Positions 44,532 through 56,618 of a DNA stretch of 64,000 nucleotides are shown piece after piece. Below the pieces are notes generated by a model. That model saw nothing but the letters and a program-made list of their open reading frames with translations, made no database searches and was not told where the DNA came from. Origin of the DNA: Elsinoe ampelina (lineage: Eukaryota); contig ML992526.1 of NCBI GenBank assembly GCA_010093995.1, positions 1 through 64,000 on the forward strand, given 5' to 3'. The translations under genes and the position numbers were made by a program. How positions within the stretch are numbered: position 1 is the stretch's first letter; every line of letters starts with the position of its first letter.

Positions 44532-47500
44532 ATGAGCACCACCACGGAGCAGTATCAGCAACGTCCGTCGGTATCATCTGCATCTGCACTACCCCAGACT
44601 TCTCCGCAATCCGTTCTGGGGAAGCACCCTCGAGATGAGGATGCGACCAAGACGCCGAATGCGAATGGTGACTCGGCAAAGGACACACCAACCAAGCTCT
44701 TCCGTTGTGGTGACTGCGACAAGAGCTATTCTCGAGTCGACCACCTTGCCCGGCATGTGAGAATACACACACAAGTAGGTCCATCTTGTAAACCCTAACT
44801 GTTAGGGCATTATGTTAAACAAGCTAGGAACGCCCTTACGTCTGCGACACATGTGGCAAAGGGTTTGCTAGAGCGTTAGTCATAATCCCCCCCTCCCATG
44901 ATCTTTATTGCTACCAGAGACGCGATCGATCCTACCAGAACGTAATCAGTCCTACCAGGACGTGGTCATCAACAATGCTCACTGCCGATTGGCCCCCTGG
45001 TGGTTTCTCATCATCGACCACAAGTCAAGCCTTGGTGTCTAACATACTACCAGAGACTTACTTAAACGACATGCTGCCGGCCACAATGCACCAGCAAATG
45101 ACAAGACAGGCAAGGGAGGCTCAGCTTCATCCCGCCAGTCCAGGGTGAACCAAGCTTGCGAGGCTTGCGCCGAGCTTCACCTAAAATGTGACAATGTGAA
45201 GCCCTGCTCTCGATGCTGCACCAAAGGCATCTCGTGTAAATATCAAAACAACACTTCGGAGACAGAGGCTGTCGCACAGAACCTGCTCAGTCTGGCTCAA
45301 ACACCTGTGATAGACCACTCAAGCCTTCCAACTCCTGTCAGCTACCAACCAGATGCAAATCATAATCAAACTCCAGGAACTCATCACATGGATCTGAGCA
45401 TCACGCAAACGCCTAGCGCGGGTCCAATGCTATATCAAACGCAGGGAAACACGCCAGGACGAACACCAATGCTGATGCAGTATGATATGCCTGCACCCCA
45501 GCATCCGTACAACCACACGACAAATCATAATTTGCAGCAGCACGAGCATAATAACTACCAGGGTCAGAATACTACCAGCATGAATGACAATCAGCAATCC
45601 TATGGGCAGGACCCTCAGCCGTATGCACAGGACACTGATCAGCCATACTCGCATGACAACTCCGTGCCCCCAGAAATGGATCGCAATGAGCTGCATGACT
45701 TTCTGCGCGGCGTGATGGGCATACCAGCTACAGATCCTATGGCTGCACCAACTTCCGGCTACAAATCCGGTCTTTGGACGCCCCGTAACATGTACGACTT
45801 TGGTGTCGATACAAGCTTGGAGCTGAACGACATGGATCTAAGCTTCTTGGATACCTACAATCAGTACAATCCATTCGGCGCCACTCCGGATGCTGCAAAC
45901 TCGGCCATCGGATCGACTGTGAGCGAGACGCCTTCCGAGCCACCACTTGGGGTCGAGTCGTTGCAGAAAGCGTCGACGTGGCGATTTCGTCCCATACCAA
46001 AAGACACTGCCCCAAACAATCTGCTCGTCCCAGCTACAGATCCTGTCACTTCGAGAAGACTTCTCGTAGAACGTAGGGTCACACCAGAAACCTTGCCCTA
46101 CACAATACGAGATCAGATACTTGCCATGATCATTACCGCTGGCGCCGATAGCAAGTCTGTGCTTTCCTTTCCTTCGGTCGAACTATTGGACAGTTTACTT
46201 CAATTCTTCCTCTCCGGCGGACCATCTTCGACCGATCTCATTCACATTGCCACCTTTCGACCGTCACAGAAACGCCCAGAGCTATGCGCAGCCATGATAG
46301 CTGCGGGCGCCGCCAACGCCCCCGACACTGCCCTTCGCAAGCTTGGTATGGTTATTCAAGAGACTGTTCGAATAGCCGTGCCGAAGAAGCTGGAGACTGA
46401 CAATAGCTTGATACGGGATATTCAAATGATCCAAGCCGCCTTCCTCTCACTGAAGATCGGTTTCTGGTCCGGCAACAGCAGAAAGATGGAGATGAGTGAG
46501 AGCTTCATGCAGCCGTGGACAACTATGGTTCGGAGAGCTGTATGTATCCATTAGTCACATCACTCGACACTACTGACGCATATCAGGGATGGTTTGGTCG
46601 TAAGTATGATCAAATTGTGCCGTCGGCAGAAGATTCGGGAGAGGGACTGGAGGAGAAATGGAACAAGTGGATCTACGAGGAGAGCCGCAAAAGGTATGAC
46701 ATTTCACAAGATCCCATTTCGATATTGTCAGTCACTAGGGGGATGGCAAAATCTGGTAGTACTATACACCAGAAATCCTACCAGGGCTGGCATCCCACTG
46801 GAGATGCTCGCCGAGTCAAGCTGGAAATTGCCGGCTCTGGTAGGACTTTTGACCGCTCACGTTTGACCGACAAGATCAAAATTACATGATTCCAAAAGCT
46901 GGATGTCAATTCTAATGATTCGTCCAGGCTCTGCTATCACTTATTCGTCCATGATACCGTGGCGTCGATGTCGCTGTTTATCAATCCGATCATCTCCTTC
47001 GCCGAGATGGCTCTCCCACTGCCACAACCAGCAGTACTCTGGATGGCAAAGAGCGCGCAGGCATGGAAGAACGCTTATCTTGCGTTGCGAGATCCTCACG
47101 CCCAATCTCCCTCGACACTTGATCTCCTCAACAACATTGATCTTTACTGTACTCCGCATTCTCAAACGCCGTATGACCGCGCGACCGCCACGTATGCTAT
47201 TCTTGCCGCGACTTGGCGTCTTGTCTGGGATTACCGCCAGAACTGTGCTATTACAAAATCGATACCCAACCAGTGGAACAATGGAACGCTTCTACTTTCG
47301 TCTCGACTTGAGGAGTTGAAAAGATTGCTCGAGTGTTTGCGCATTGGCGCGGCTCAACCTGGCTCAGCACAAGCCGCTTCTTCTCATCCACAACATCCCT
47401 ACCAGCTTGCGCCCGTCAAAGTGCTATCCACAAGCGAATCGGATTTATCGTCACTTCTCTTCTTAGACGCTTTATCACTGCACTTGCATGCGCCGATGGA

Positions 47501-48299
47501 AGATATCCACATATTCGCTGGGGTAGAAGGCCACGAGGAAGCCAAACGCGTGTACCCTTCCCTACGTTCGTGGGCTGGCACGTCCGGTGCCCGACAGTCT
47601 GTTTGGCATGCCGCACAGCTCTTCCGATACGCTCGAGGCATCGAAGCCATCAATTCATTCGACGCCGTGGTAGTATATCAAGCCTCCCTGGTAGTTTGGT
47701 CCTGGGGCGTAATCAGCAACGCTGTGTCGACCCCAGCACCAGGCCAAACACCTGGCGGTCAAGGTCATGCTTATAGTTCGAGCTCAGGCGGCTTCAACGG
47801 TTCCGTGTCGACTCCGTACGGGGGAACACTGCCAGCGGGTGCTCCCGACGGCTATTCTGGTAGTACCTCGACCAGCTATCCCTGGCAAAAAGAAGACGTC
47901 GTCATACTCGATGACCTCAACTCCGAAGCCGCTGGTAAGCGTTTTGTGGCCATGAACCGCGGCCGACCAGCTATTGCCACCCCACTCGGCGGCAACCCGA
48001 GCAACGCAAGTGGCGTCAAGAGACGTCCCGACGGACGAGAGAGCCAGAGTCCTGTCGATACTCGAAGCCAGGGTCAGGGTCAGGGTCAGAGAAGGTCAAG
48101 CAACGCAACCGTCACTTGGAGTGATGCCACTGAGCAAGGTCAAGGCTACGCACTGCTGAACGATCCAGCTGCAGTCATGGGCTGTGTGATGGATCTCATT
48201 GCTGGTAGTCATAAGACGAAGAATGGGAGGCCACCACTGGTGGAGAACTTGTTGGAGCTAATGGGTGGGCTGAAAGCGGCAGTGAGTGTTACGGGATGA
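44532..48299 (+). CDS. Transcription factor with two C2H2 fingers, a Zn(II)2Cys6 cluster and a fungal-specific TF domain, 5 exons
   Basis: CGDC..RVDHLARHVRIH, linker TQERPY, CDTC..RADLLKRHAAGH and CEACAELHLKCDNVKPCSRCCTKGISC; introns 44775-44827, 44875-45053, 46540-46586 and 46694-46927. Confidence 0.9.
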
Positions 48300-48734
48300 T
48301 GTTGCCGGCGAGGGTCGAAGGCCAGCGAGGTCTTGATGATTGATGACTGTAAGCTATACAAAAGTTGTGCGATTCCGCCTGAAGTCATGATAGGTCGAAG
48401 ATCCTGGGAGGTGTCACAAGACATCATACGCAGTCTGGCATACCAAAGATGTGTGATTCATCATGCCAGAAATGAATATATATATACACATTCTCCTACT
48501 TTAATCTGACCAAGAATCTCTGCACCCCGTCCTGTTGAAGCGAGCTTTACCCCCACCCATCCACCAACCGCGTTCCACCTCATGCTTTCGTCATTCCTGT
48601 CCCCCATCTCCCCTCCCCTCCCCTCCCCTCCCTCCCCTCCATCCCCAAACTCCCATTCGCCCCTCTTACACCACCCTTCACCCATTCAACCATTCACACA
48701 CCCCAGCTTCCTCACCCCCCACGTCTCACACCAC

Positions 48735-50057
48735 CTACAACGCCAACCCAAAAGCAGCCAAACTCTCCACCCTCCCCGTCGGCACCGGTCTAGGCCTCCT
48801 CGTCCTCCCGCCCCTTCCCCTCCCCGGCCGCGGCCACTGGATCCCAGTGGGTCGAGGGTAGGTGCCTGTCGGTCCGACGGGTCGGGTGGGGAGGGCGCCT
48901 GTTGGGGCTGGAGCTGTGGGGCCAGCGGGGGGCAGTTCGGGATCGGTGGGCTCGGTGGGGTCTTCTGGCTCGGGCACGGGGGTGGGTTCTGGTTCTGGAG
49001 CGGTGGTTGGTTCTGGGGTTGGGACGGCGGTGGGAGCAGAGGTTGGTGCGGCGGGCGTGGAGAAGTTAGCGCTGGTCGTGGTGGACGGGGCGGCTCCGGC
49101 GGCGGGGAGGTCCGGGTAGCGGGCTTTGACGGCCTTGCTCCACCAGTCGCGGAGCATCCAGGTGTCGAACTCGGTGATGGTCGTGGAGCCGCCTGCTTTC
49201 ATGATGAATTTCCCGTCGGTGCCGGAGGGGGTCCAGTCGTAGAAGTCGTCGAGGCCGAAGCCGTGGCCGATTTCGTGGAGTAGGATGTGGATGTTGTCTT
49301 GCTTGATGGCGTTGAGGAAGTAATCTGTGCCGATGCGTTGGCCCCAGTCCCCGCCCGCGCCGCCGCCCATGCCGTCGGTGAGCCAGAGGGAGACATCGTA
49401 GTGGCGGGCTGCGCCGCCGGGGCAGTCGCTGTAGTCGTTGTCTTGGTTGAAGAAGCGGCCGCAGCGGGGGTCGCATTCGGGGATGCCTCCGGAGTCTTTG
49501 GTGGTGTAGATGTCTAGGCCGGTGGTGCTGCCTTGGAGGAGGTTCGTGTTGGTGACGGCGTAGCCGACGACGTTTACTTCGACGTCGCTGTATGGCCATC
49601 CGTCGTAGCCGGCGAGGGAGTCGATCCATTTGTTCATGCTTCGGCGGACGGCGGTGACGGTGTCGGCACGCTGGGTCTCGGTGGAGGTCTTTGTGGACTC
49701 CCAGCGGACGCAGTAGTTGATCTTGCCCTTGGTGGCGAGGATCTGAGGTGTGGTCAGTGGTAGGGGGTTCATTTAGGCCGAGTGACATACCTGGTCGAAG
49801 AGATAGTTTTTAAAGGACAAGTCGCGAGGGCGGGTGTCCTGAGTGTGCTTCCAGACCTCATCGAGACCAGCTGCGAGGTTGGCTGGACGGGTGCTGCTCG
49901 ACTGACGCTTGGCGATGCGAGTGACATCTTCCGAGATGAGAAGGGGATTGACCTCATCGAAGTTGCATGTCCTGGTCTCAAGCCCGCCTGCGACTGGCGA
50001 AGCGACAGCAAGAGAGCCCAGAAGGGAGAGTGCGGAAAGAGTATTTACAGAACGCAT
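48735..50057 (-). CDS. Secreted HEXXH zinc-metallopeptidase-like protein with Pro/Thr/Glu-rich tail, 2 exons
   Basis: Signal peptide MRSVNTLSALSLLGSLAVA, Kex2-like KR site, INYCVRW, GGAGGDWGQR and LLHEIGHGFGLDDFY; intron 49743-49790. Confidence 0.85.
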
Positions 50058-51371
50058 AATTGTAGTCTGGACCAGCCAGTGAAGTGATGAACGGGAAAGA
50101 GGTAGAGAAAGTAGAGAGTGACTGAAGGTGAGGCTTGTCTCGACTCTGTGGGAGCAAGCTCTTGATATGCACAAAGTGCAGTACTACCTGACTAAGTCAC
50201 TCATCAAGAGTACCAACAAGTGCTCCCTGCTGAAACCCCAGGCCAAGCATTGCACGACGTTGTTCTGGTACGGAAGGGCTAAGAATCGGTGGCGTTGGTG
50301 ATGAGATCGGTATGGCGCATGTAAAATGATTAGTGACAAGGTAGGGTACGAGACAACTTTGGAAGGTTTCATGACCACAGTTTGATCAGCCGGCAAGGTC
50401 AATGCGACGGGAAACATGAACAAATAGAGTGTGGAAGATTTCTTCGGTGGAGTTTGTGAAGATTGATATTGCCCAGGGTGAGCGGGGACGCCTTGGCAGA
50501 GCGGAACAGAGTCAGACTGGTGTTTGAGAATTAGCCAAGGGAATCGAATTAGCTTAGCGAGCTTCACGTGACACAGGGTCGCACAAGGGCAGCAGAGCCG
50601 CATCGAGGCTGATCAAGCAGAAGATCAAGATGGTAATTATAGTTGCCGGTGGGTAGCATATTGAAAGGAGAGGATGAAGATGGAGGAGAGGAAGGCTCGG
50701 ACGTGAAGTCTCCGGAAACCTCAAGTCGGCTCGTATCATCCTACAAAGATACAGTACCACCAGTACAGGTGTTCCAGCGCCCCCAGCTCTCGCGTAGTGC
50801 TGTAGCTGGTAAGCATTGTGTTTATGGAGATTTCAACCGACGAGTACTCCAAAGCACGCAGGAGAAACAGGGAAGAAGTCGCATGCCGATCACGTGCTGC
50901 CGAGTAGTGCGGAGAAACATCGGGCTCTTCTTTTGCCATCTTCTTGAATGTATCAGGCAGGAAGGTATCCTTGGCCTCTCTTCTGACTTTGCAAATGTAG
51001 CGGACCCATTGTGCAGCACACACGAGAAGCGTCCATTTAATACCAAAGACGGAACTTCTCCTGCAAGCAGTTTCAGAAAGGTGTTCAAAAGCCCTCAGGG
51101 CTGAGCCTCTGTTCTAAGGGTAGCCGCGACTGTCATTGGCCAAGGCGTGGATTCGACTTCGTGACACGAATTATCATCTCAGGGTCCCTCTTCTATCATC
51201 CACGCAGCCCGATTTACGGCCACATTGCATTCACACGCCCGTCAGCCATTCCTTGGACCTGTTGTTCTGCTCCCCCTCATCCTCTCGATTCCTACTTCCG
51301 GCATGCATTGCGCGAATCACCGGTGATCCCACTTCCGACAACTCAGAGCTCCCAGGAGCAGCTCCTGAAAA

Positions 51372-53573
51372 ATGTCCAGCGACTATAGCTATGATGACCA
51401 AGGTCAATTCTTCCCTTACTTCTTCGTCACACTCTCCGCTCTAGTAGTGATACCGGTCACATATTCGGTCCTCAAAAAATCAACAGAGCTTGAGAATACT
51501 GCCCCGCGGATAGACTCAGGCTTCAAACCAAAAGATGCCGACCTCGTTGAAGAGCAGAGGAGGAGGCAGAAGAAGAGGGAGCGCAAGATGAAGCGTATAA
51601 TACTTGCTGTCGGTGGCTGGATCTTCATCGCCTTCAACATTTGGTGGATGGCCAACACCACCCGTACGGCAGCAAAGATCTGGGACCCTTATGACATTCT
51701 GGGGATTGCACCAGTGAGCACATTCCCACTGACCTAGTAGAAGACCAGCGCTGATATACTACACAGGGTGCCACAGAGAAACAGGTCCAGTCAAGATATC
51801 GCAAGCTCTCCGTCACACTTCATCCCGACAAGGCCCAGCCCGATGAGTCGAAGAACGAAACACTCGAATTCGTCAACGACAGATGGGTGGAGATTATCAA
51901 AGCATACAAGACGCTCACCGACGAGGATGTGCGCGCCAACTATGAAATGTATGGCAATCCAGACGGCAAGCAGTCCACAAGCATCGGTATCGCGCTTCCT
52001 CAATTCCTGGTCGCCGAAGGGAATGGAAAGTACGTCATGATTGTCTATGGAGCTCTTCTCGGCATCCTCCTTCCCTACTTTGTCGGCAGCTGGTGGTATG
52101 GCTCGCAAAAGAGGACCAGGGAAAAGGTCTTGGTCGATTCGGTCGGCAGGCTGTTCAAGGAATACAGTGAGCGCATGGATGACAACGCGGTCATCTCTGC
52201 CCTCAGCTCTGGCGAAGAATTCAAGGATATTCTCAAAGGTCACAAGGCAGATTCTGGTCTTGGTCAAATCGAGAAGCGCATCCTTGCGCCTGGGACAAAT
52301 ACGACAACCGCCGCAGGACTCACCAAGAAAGATCAGACAAAATTGGGCGACATTGATGACGCGACAAGGCGCAAGGCTCTGGCACTACTCTGGGCCTACC
52401 TCGGCCGCACCGAGCTTAATAATGCTACCTTGAACGAGGAGAAGATCGAAGTCGCTCCAACAGCTCTTGCCCTCAACGATGCATTCATTCCCATCTGTCT
52501 GGCATATGGCTTCACCAATCCCACAGTCGCCTCGTACAAAGCTGCACAAAGCATCATTCAAGCTGTACCTCCAGGATCATCCCCTCTTCTTCAGCTTCCT
52601 TACCTCAACCGCGACAACATCAAGCACATTGAAGGCGCAGCAACATCATCGCAGCGCCGTCATCTCACCGTACAAGCTCTTATGGACATTCCAGCTCTTC
52701 AACGCCGCGAGATTATCACGAACGCCGGACTTAGCTTACCACAATATGATACACTCGTCAAGGTCGCAACTCAACTCCCACGTCTGGTGGTCGAGCGTAC
52801 CTTCTTCAAGGTGTCTGGCGAGAAGTATGTTCTGCCGAACTCGTTGGTACAATTCGTTGTCAAGGCAAGATTCATCCCACCAGGTTCGACGAATGTGCCA
52901 GATATCCACCCGTCTGATCTAGAGGACAAGGATCCTGACGAAGAGCAAAACACAAAGGCTGCTCGTGAAGAGGAAGAAGAGGCCAGATCACATCAACCTC
53001 CACTTGCAAACGCACCATACTACGCGAGAGATCATTCGCCGAGATGGAACATCTTCCTTACAGATGCGAGACAAGGCAAAATCGCCGTGCCACCGTTTAC
53101 TTTTCAAACTTTCGACAAGCCCATTCTCAATGCGGGTGGAAAGCCGACCTTTGCCGTACAGACTCTCAAGATGCAGTTCCAAGCGCCACCACAAGCTGGT
53201 CTTTACCGCTTCCAGATGCACCTCATTTGTGACAGCTATGTAGGCTTTGATGACAAGCGAGATGTAGCCATGATGGTCGAGGATGAGTCAAAGGCAAACG
53301 AGGACGATGAGGAGGAAGACATCAGTGAGCCGGAAGAAGGTACGTGCACGAATGAGATGTGATCAATAACCGACGACTGATGATCACGCAGACACTATCG
53401 CTGGACAAATGGCCGCTTTGAGGGGCAAGGCACCATCGGGCAAAGTCAAGCGCAAGCCGGCACCCAAGGTGGCCAAGGATGATGATGAGAGCAGCGAGGA
53501 AGAGAGTGGCACGGATGAGGACGTCGATAGTGATAGTGAGACCGACACCGACACCGACTCGGATGAGGACTAG
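51372..53573 (+). CDS. SEC63: Translocon subunit Sec63 (J-domain plus Sec63/Brl domain), 3 exons
   Basis: MSSDYSYDDQGQFFPYF, WDPYDILG, HPDK, YGNPDG, CDSYVG and an acidic C-terminus; introns 51714-51766 and 53340-53391. Confidence 0.96.
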
Positions 53574-54684
53574 ATTCGGGACGAGTCCGAGGCACGGACT
53601 TTGCTTGTGCATGTATTCTAAAGCTTGTTTCTTTGAGCATGGCTGGCGTTTTCCGCTCTGGCAGATGGTCTCTATGGTGCATCTACTGGGCATGCAGAGT
53701 GGGTGGGTTGTGCAGCGTCGGAAGCAGCGCCGGGCGAGGACGTCCAATCGAATCGTAGTACAGAAACAGCGCATACCATTGCCTTATCGACCATGGATGA
53801 TGAGTGACATTGGTATACTTTGCTTGTGCTCGAGCGGTGGATATGCATGCAGTCGATCTGATGATCAAGCCTCGTCATGCTGGTGATATAGTCAGCCGAC
53901 AGACGACGACATGCAGAGGAAGCTTCTTGATTGAGTGGTTCCTGAGGTGATGATCAAGAGGATTGTGTGATTGGCGGTCATGTACTGCAAGCACCTCGGC
54001 GACGTGAAGCCATGGCCGGGCATTTGGCCAATCAGCTTCACTCCTCTAACCGCCCACCTTCTTCCACCTCTTCTCTCTTCCATTCATCTTCTCTCTTGAC
54101 GCGCTGCCTTCTTCCCATCAATCTGTCCCCTCATGCACTCTTTCAATAGCGTCCGTCTTCGCCTTGCCTTGCCCTTTCCATCCTGGCATCTGTGCCCCTC
54201 TCCCTGCCTCTCCTTCCATGCACAATCAGGTCCAAGCTTGTCAGCATAAGTATACCCATCTTTCCAGCATCCTTCTCTTCTTTCCTTCAGCAAAGCCTGT
54301 CAATTCAAGAGCTGTCTTTTGGTTTTTACCTCCCCTTTTACTTCCGCCCCCGTTTGCTTTGTCGCAAAGAGCCTGGTGCTCGAATCATCAGAAAAAAAAG
54401 ACTACTGTCAACAATAATTTACCCCCAGCACTGCACCAACACTACTACTTCACCTCTACTAGTACTCTACTTGTTCTATCCCCCAAGTCTAATACTATCT
54501 ATTCTTTTCTGTTCTAGACAAAGTCGCTGGTCGACCCGTCAGACTACTAATTTTCAGCTCTTGTCCTTGTTCGCACACAGGACCGTGTAATACCACAAAC
54601 AGCCAGTGTTCACCATTCACTGCTACGAGAACATCAATAGCCTGTCCAACGATCAATCCAGAAGTCACATAATACCCAACCAAC

Positions 54685-55599
54685 ATGTCTGTCACTCAAA
54701 TCAACTTTACTCTCCGCGCGCCCTCGAGCAAGAACAAATCCTGCCACCTGGTTGGATCCTGGGACAACTACCGCGTTCAAGTACCCCTCTCGCGGTCGTC
54801 CTCATCCTCTTCCAAGCCCAAATTCTCCGGTGCCGTCCGATTTCCCGCCTCCGCCGCCGGCCAACGCTACTGGTACTACTTCATCGTCGATGGCCACAGC
54901 GCCACCTACGACCCCGGCGAGCCAAAGTGCGTCGAACCCACCACCGGCCGAACCCTGAACATCCTCGACCTCACTCCCGACCCCCGCATCTCAATCGCCT
55001 CCTCCGGCACCTACAAAGACATGCGACCAAGCGACACCACCTCCTCCAGCTCCCGCCGCCACTCCCGCGCCGTCGCCAACGGCCGCTCCCTCTCCCCAAG
55101 CCAAATCCAACACCCTTTCCCCTCGCGACCCTACGAGACCAAAGCCTTCTCCTCGAAAGAAATGGAAGCTTTATCCCGCCGCTACGCCGCCCAACGCCTC
55201 GTCGACACCGCTTCCGACTCCTCGTCAAGCGACGACGACAGCGTAGGCTGGTCCACCGGTTCCGGCTCCGACGTACCCTCCCTTTCCTCCCGGTCCAGCC
55301 ACAACTCCTCGCCCAGCTCCGTCTCGAGTCTGGGAGGCAGTCCGGTGCTCGGGCAGGGCGGGTTCATCAGATCAGGGAGCGGGTGTACGTGTGAACGGTT
55401 CGCGATCACTCGGTCGGGACAGAGGGTCAAGGTTGATTGTGGGGGTAAGGTATGTGCGGGGAGCGAGGATGGGAGCGAGTGTTCGTCGAGTGATAGCGAG
55501 GAGGAGAGGGCGCGGAGGAGGAAACATGAGAAGAGTAGTAAGAAGCATTCTTCCAGCAGTGGGAAGAGTAGGCGGCATGGGTTGGTGGTTCGTCGATGA
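54685..55599 (+). CDS. esdC: EsdC-like early sexual development protein (N-terminal glycogen-binding/CBM48-like domain), 304 aa
   Basis: HLVGSWDNY, GQRYWYYFIVDG, EPTTGRTLNILD, GRSLSPSQIQHP and C-terminal CTCERFAITRSGQRVKVDCGG match Aspergillus EsdC as I recall it. Confidence 0.8.
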   Translation: MSVTQINFTLRAPSSKNKSCHLVGSWDNYRVQVPLSRSSSSSSKPKFSGAVRFPASAAGQRYWYYFIVDGHSATYDPGEPKCVEPTTGRTLNILDLTPDPRISIASSGTYKDMRPSDTTSSSSRRHSRAVANGRSLSPSQIQHPFPSRPYETKAFSSKEMEALSRRYAAQRLVDTASDSSSSDDDSVGWSTGSGSDVPSLSSRSSHNSSPSSVSSLGGSPVLGQGGFIRSGSGCTCERFAITRSGQRVKVDCGGKVCAGSEDGSECSSSDSEEERARRRKHEKSSKKHSSSSGKSRRHGLVVRR

Positions 55600-55914
55600 G
55601 CCATTGGTCTTTGTCATTCAACTCGTTCACTTCCGCTAGAGATGGGATGTTCTTGCTGTTCGTCTTTGCAACCTTCACATGAACGGATGATTCGACACTT
55701 CACTCGTTCAGACACGACATGCCACGATATGATACGACACGACACCACATGACTACCATCTGGAGACAACACCATTCGTTGGACAGGCGCCACTGCCCGG
55801 CGCAGTCGGCACCACATCAACCACAGCATACTGGACACGCTAATTGTTACAAACACACTACACACCCGCTGCACGCGCGCAGCTTAATACACGGTCGCTA
55901 ATTAATACACCACT

Positions 55915-55932
55915 ACCACCACCACCACCACC
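55915..55932. repeat. (ACC)6 microsatellite
   Basis: accaccaccaccaccacc with degenerate flanking units. Confidence 0.8.
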
Positions 55933-56618
55933 ATCGCCGGCGTCATCACCACCACGGCCGCAGTCCCCAGCACATGAGTGGTGATTAACGGGATGACAAG
56001 CTCGCCGCTACCACGGCATATCTGAATTCATCACGCCGACTACCTCTGTCTGGCAGCTGGGTACTCCATGCCTGTCTACAGTAGCAGCTGGTAGTTCAAG
56101 GTCCAAGATGCACTGCCCGAGTTCGCTCACGGCAATGCAGGGAGTGTATGGGGGTCAGGAGAAAGGGAGGATGGGAGGAGGAGGAATGACAAACCTGACG
56201 TCTCTCTGCCGATATGGAGCAGGCAGAGGGAGGGCAAAGGCACGTAGCGTAATCAGCAAGAGACATTGAACATACTGATCACGACCTGTTCCCGTCCTTC
56301 ACATCCAAAGGTGTTTCGCTGTTTGGTTCAGTGTTGTCTTGAGATCAGCTGGCGGTCGTGCTTGTCGAAGGACTGGTACCCGGGACTCTGCGTTACCGCC
56401 GATAGATATCCATCACTGACGATCAGAGCATACTATCAGGTAAGTCTAATCACAGACGACGGACGTATCTGTCGTAGATCGAGACTGGAGCCACAGATCA
56501 CGGTAAGACTTGGGCATGACTCTGAAATATCGACATACTCAGACATCACAAACACTAAGATGGGGAGGACGAGACGGACTACACCATTCTTGCGAAGAAG
56601 CAGGAGATACAGAACACA

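Noticed and set aside
44911..44958. Regularly spaced CTACCAG units resembling a mini CRISPR array
   Set aside because: Repeats are only 7-8 nt with 13-14 nt spacers inside a eukaryotic intron, and there are no cas genes.
22471..46927. TPP riboswitch or intronic snoRNA in the four long introns
   Set aside because: No TPP aptamer core and no properly spaced C/D or H/ACA boxes seen; the host genes are unrelated to thiamine.
48535..49283. Pro/Gly-rich plus-strand ORFs
   Set aside because: Antisense to the metallopeptidase tail and its G-rich 3' UTR.
50184..51104. ORFs of 88-153 aa between the metallopeptidase and SEC63
   Set aside because: Mostly non-ATG starts and no motifs; likely a divergent promoter region.
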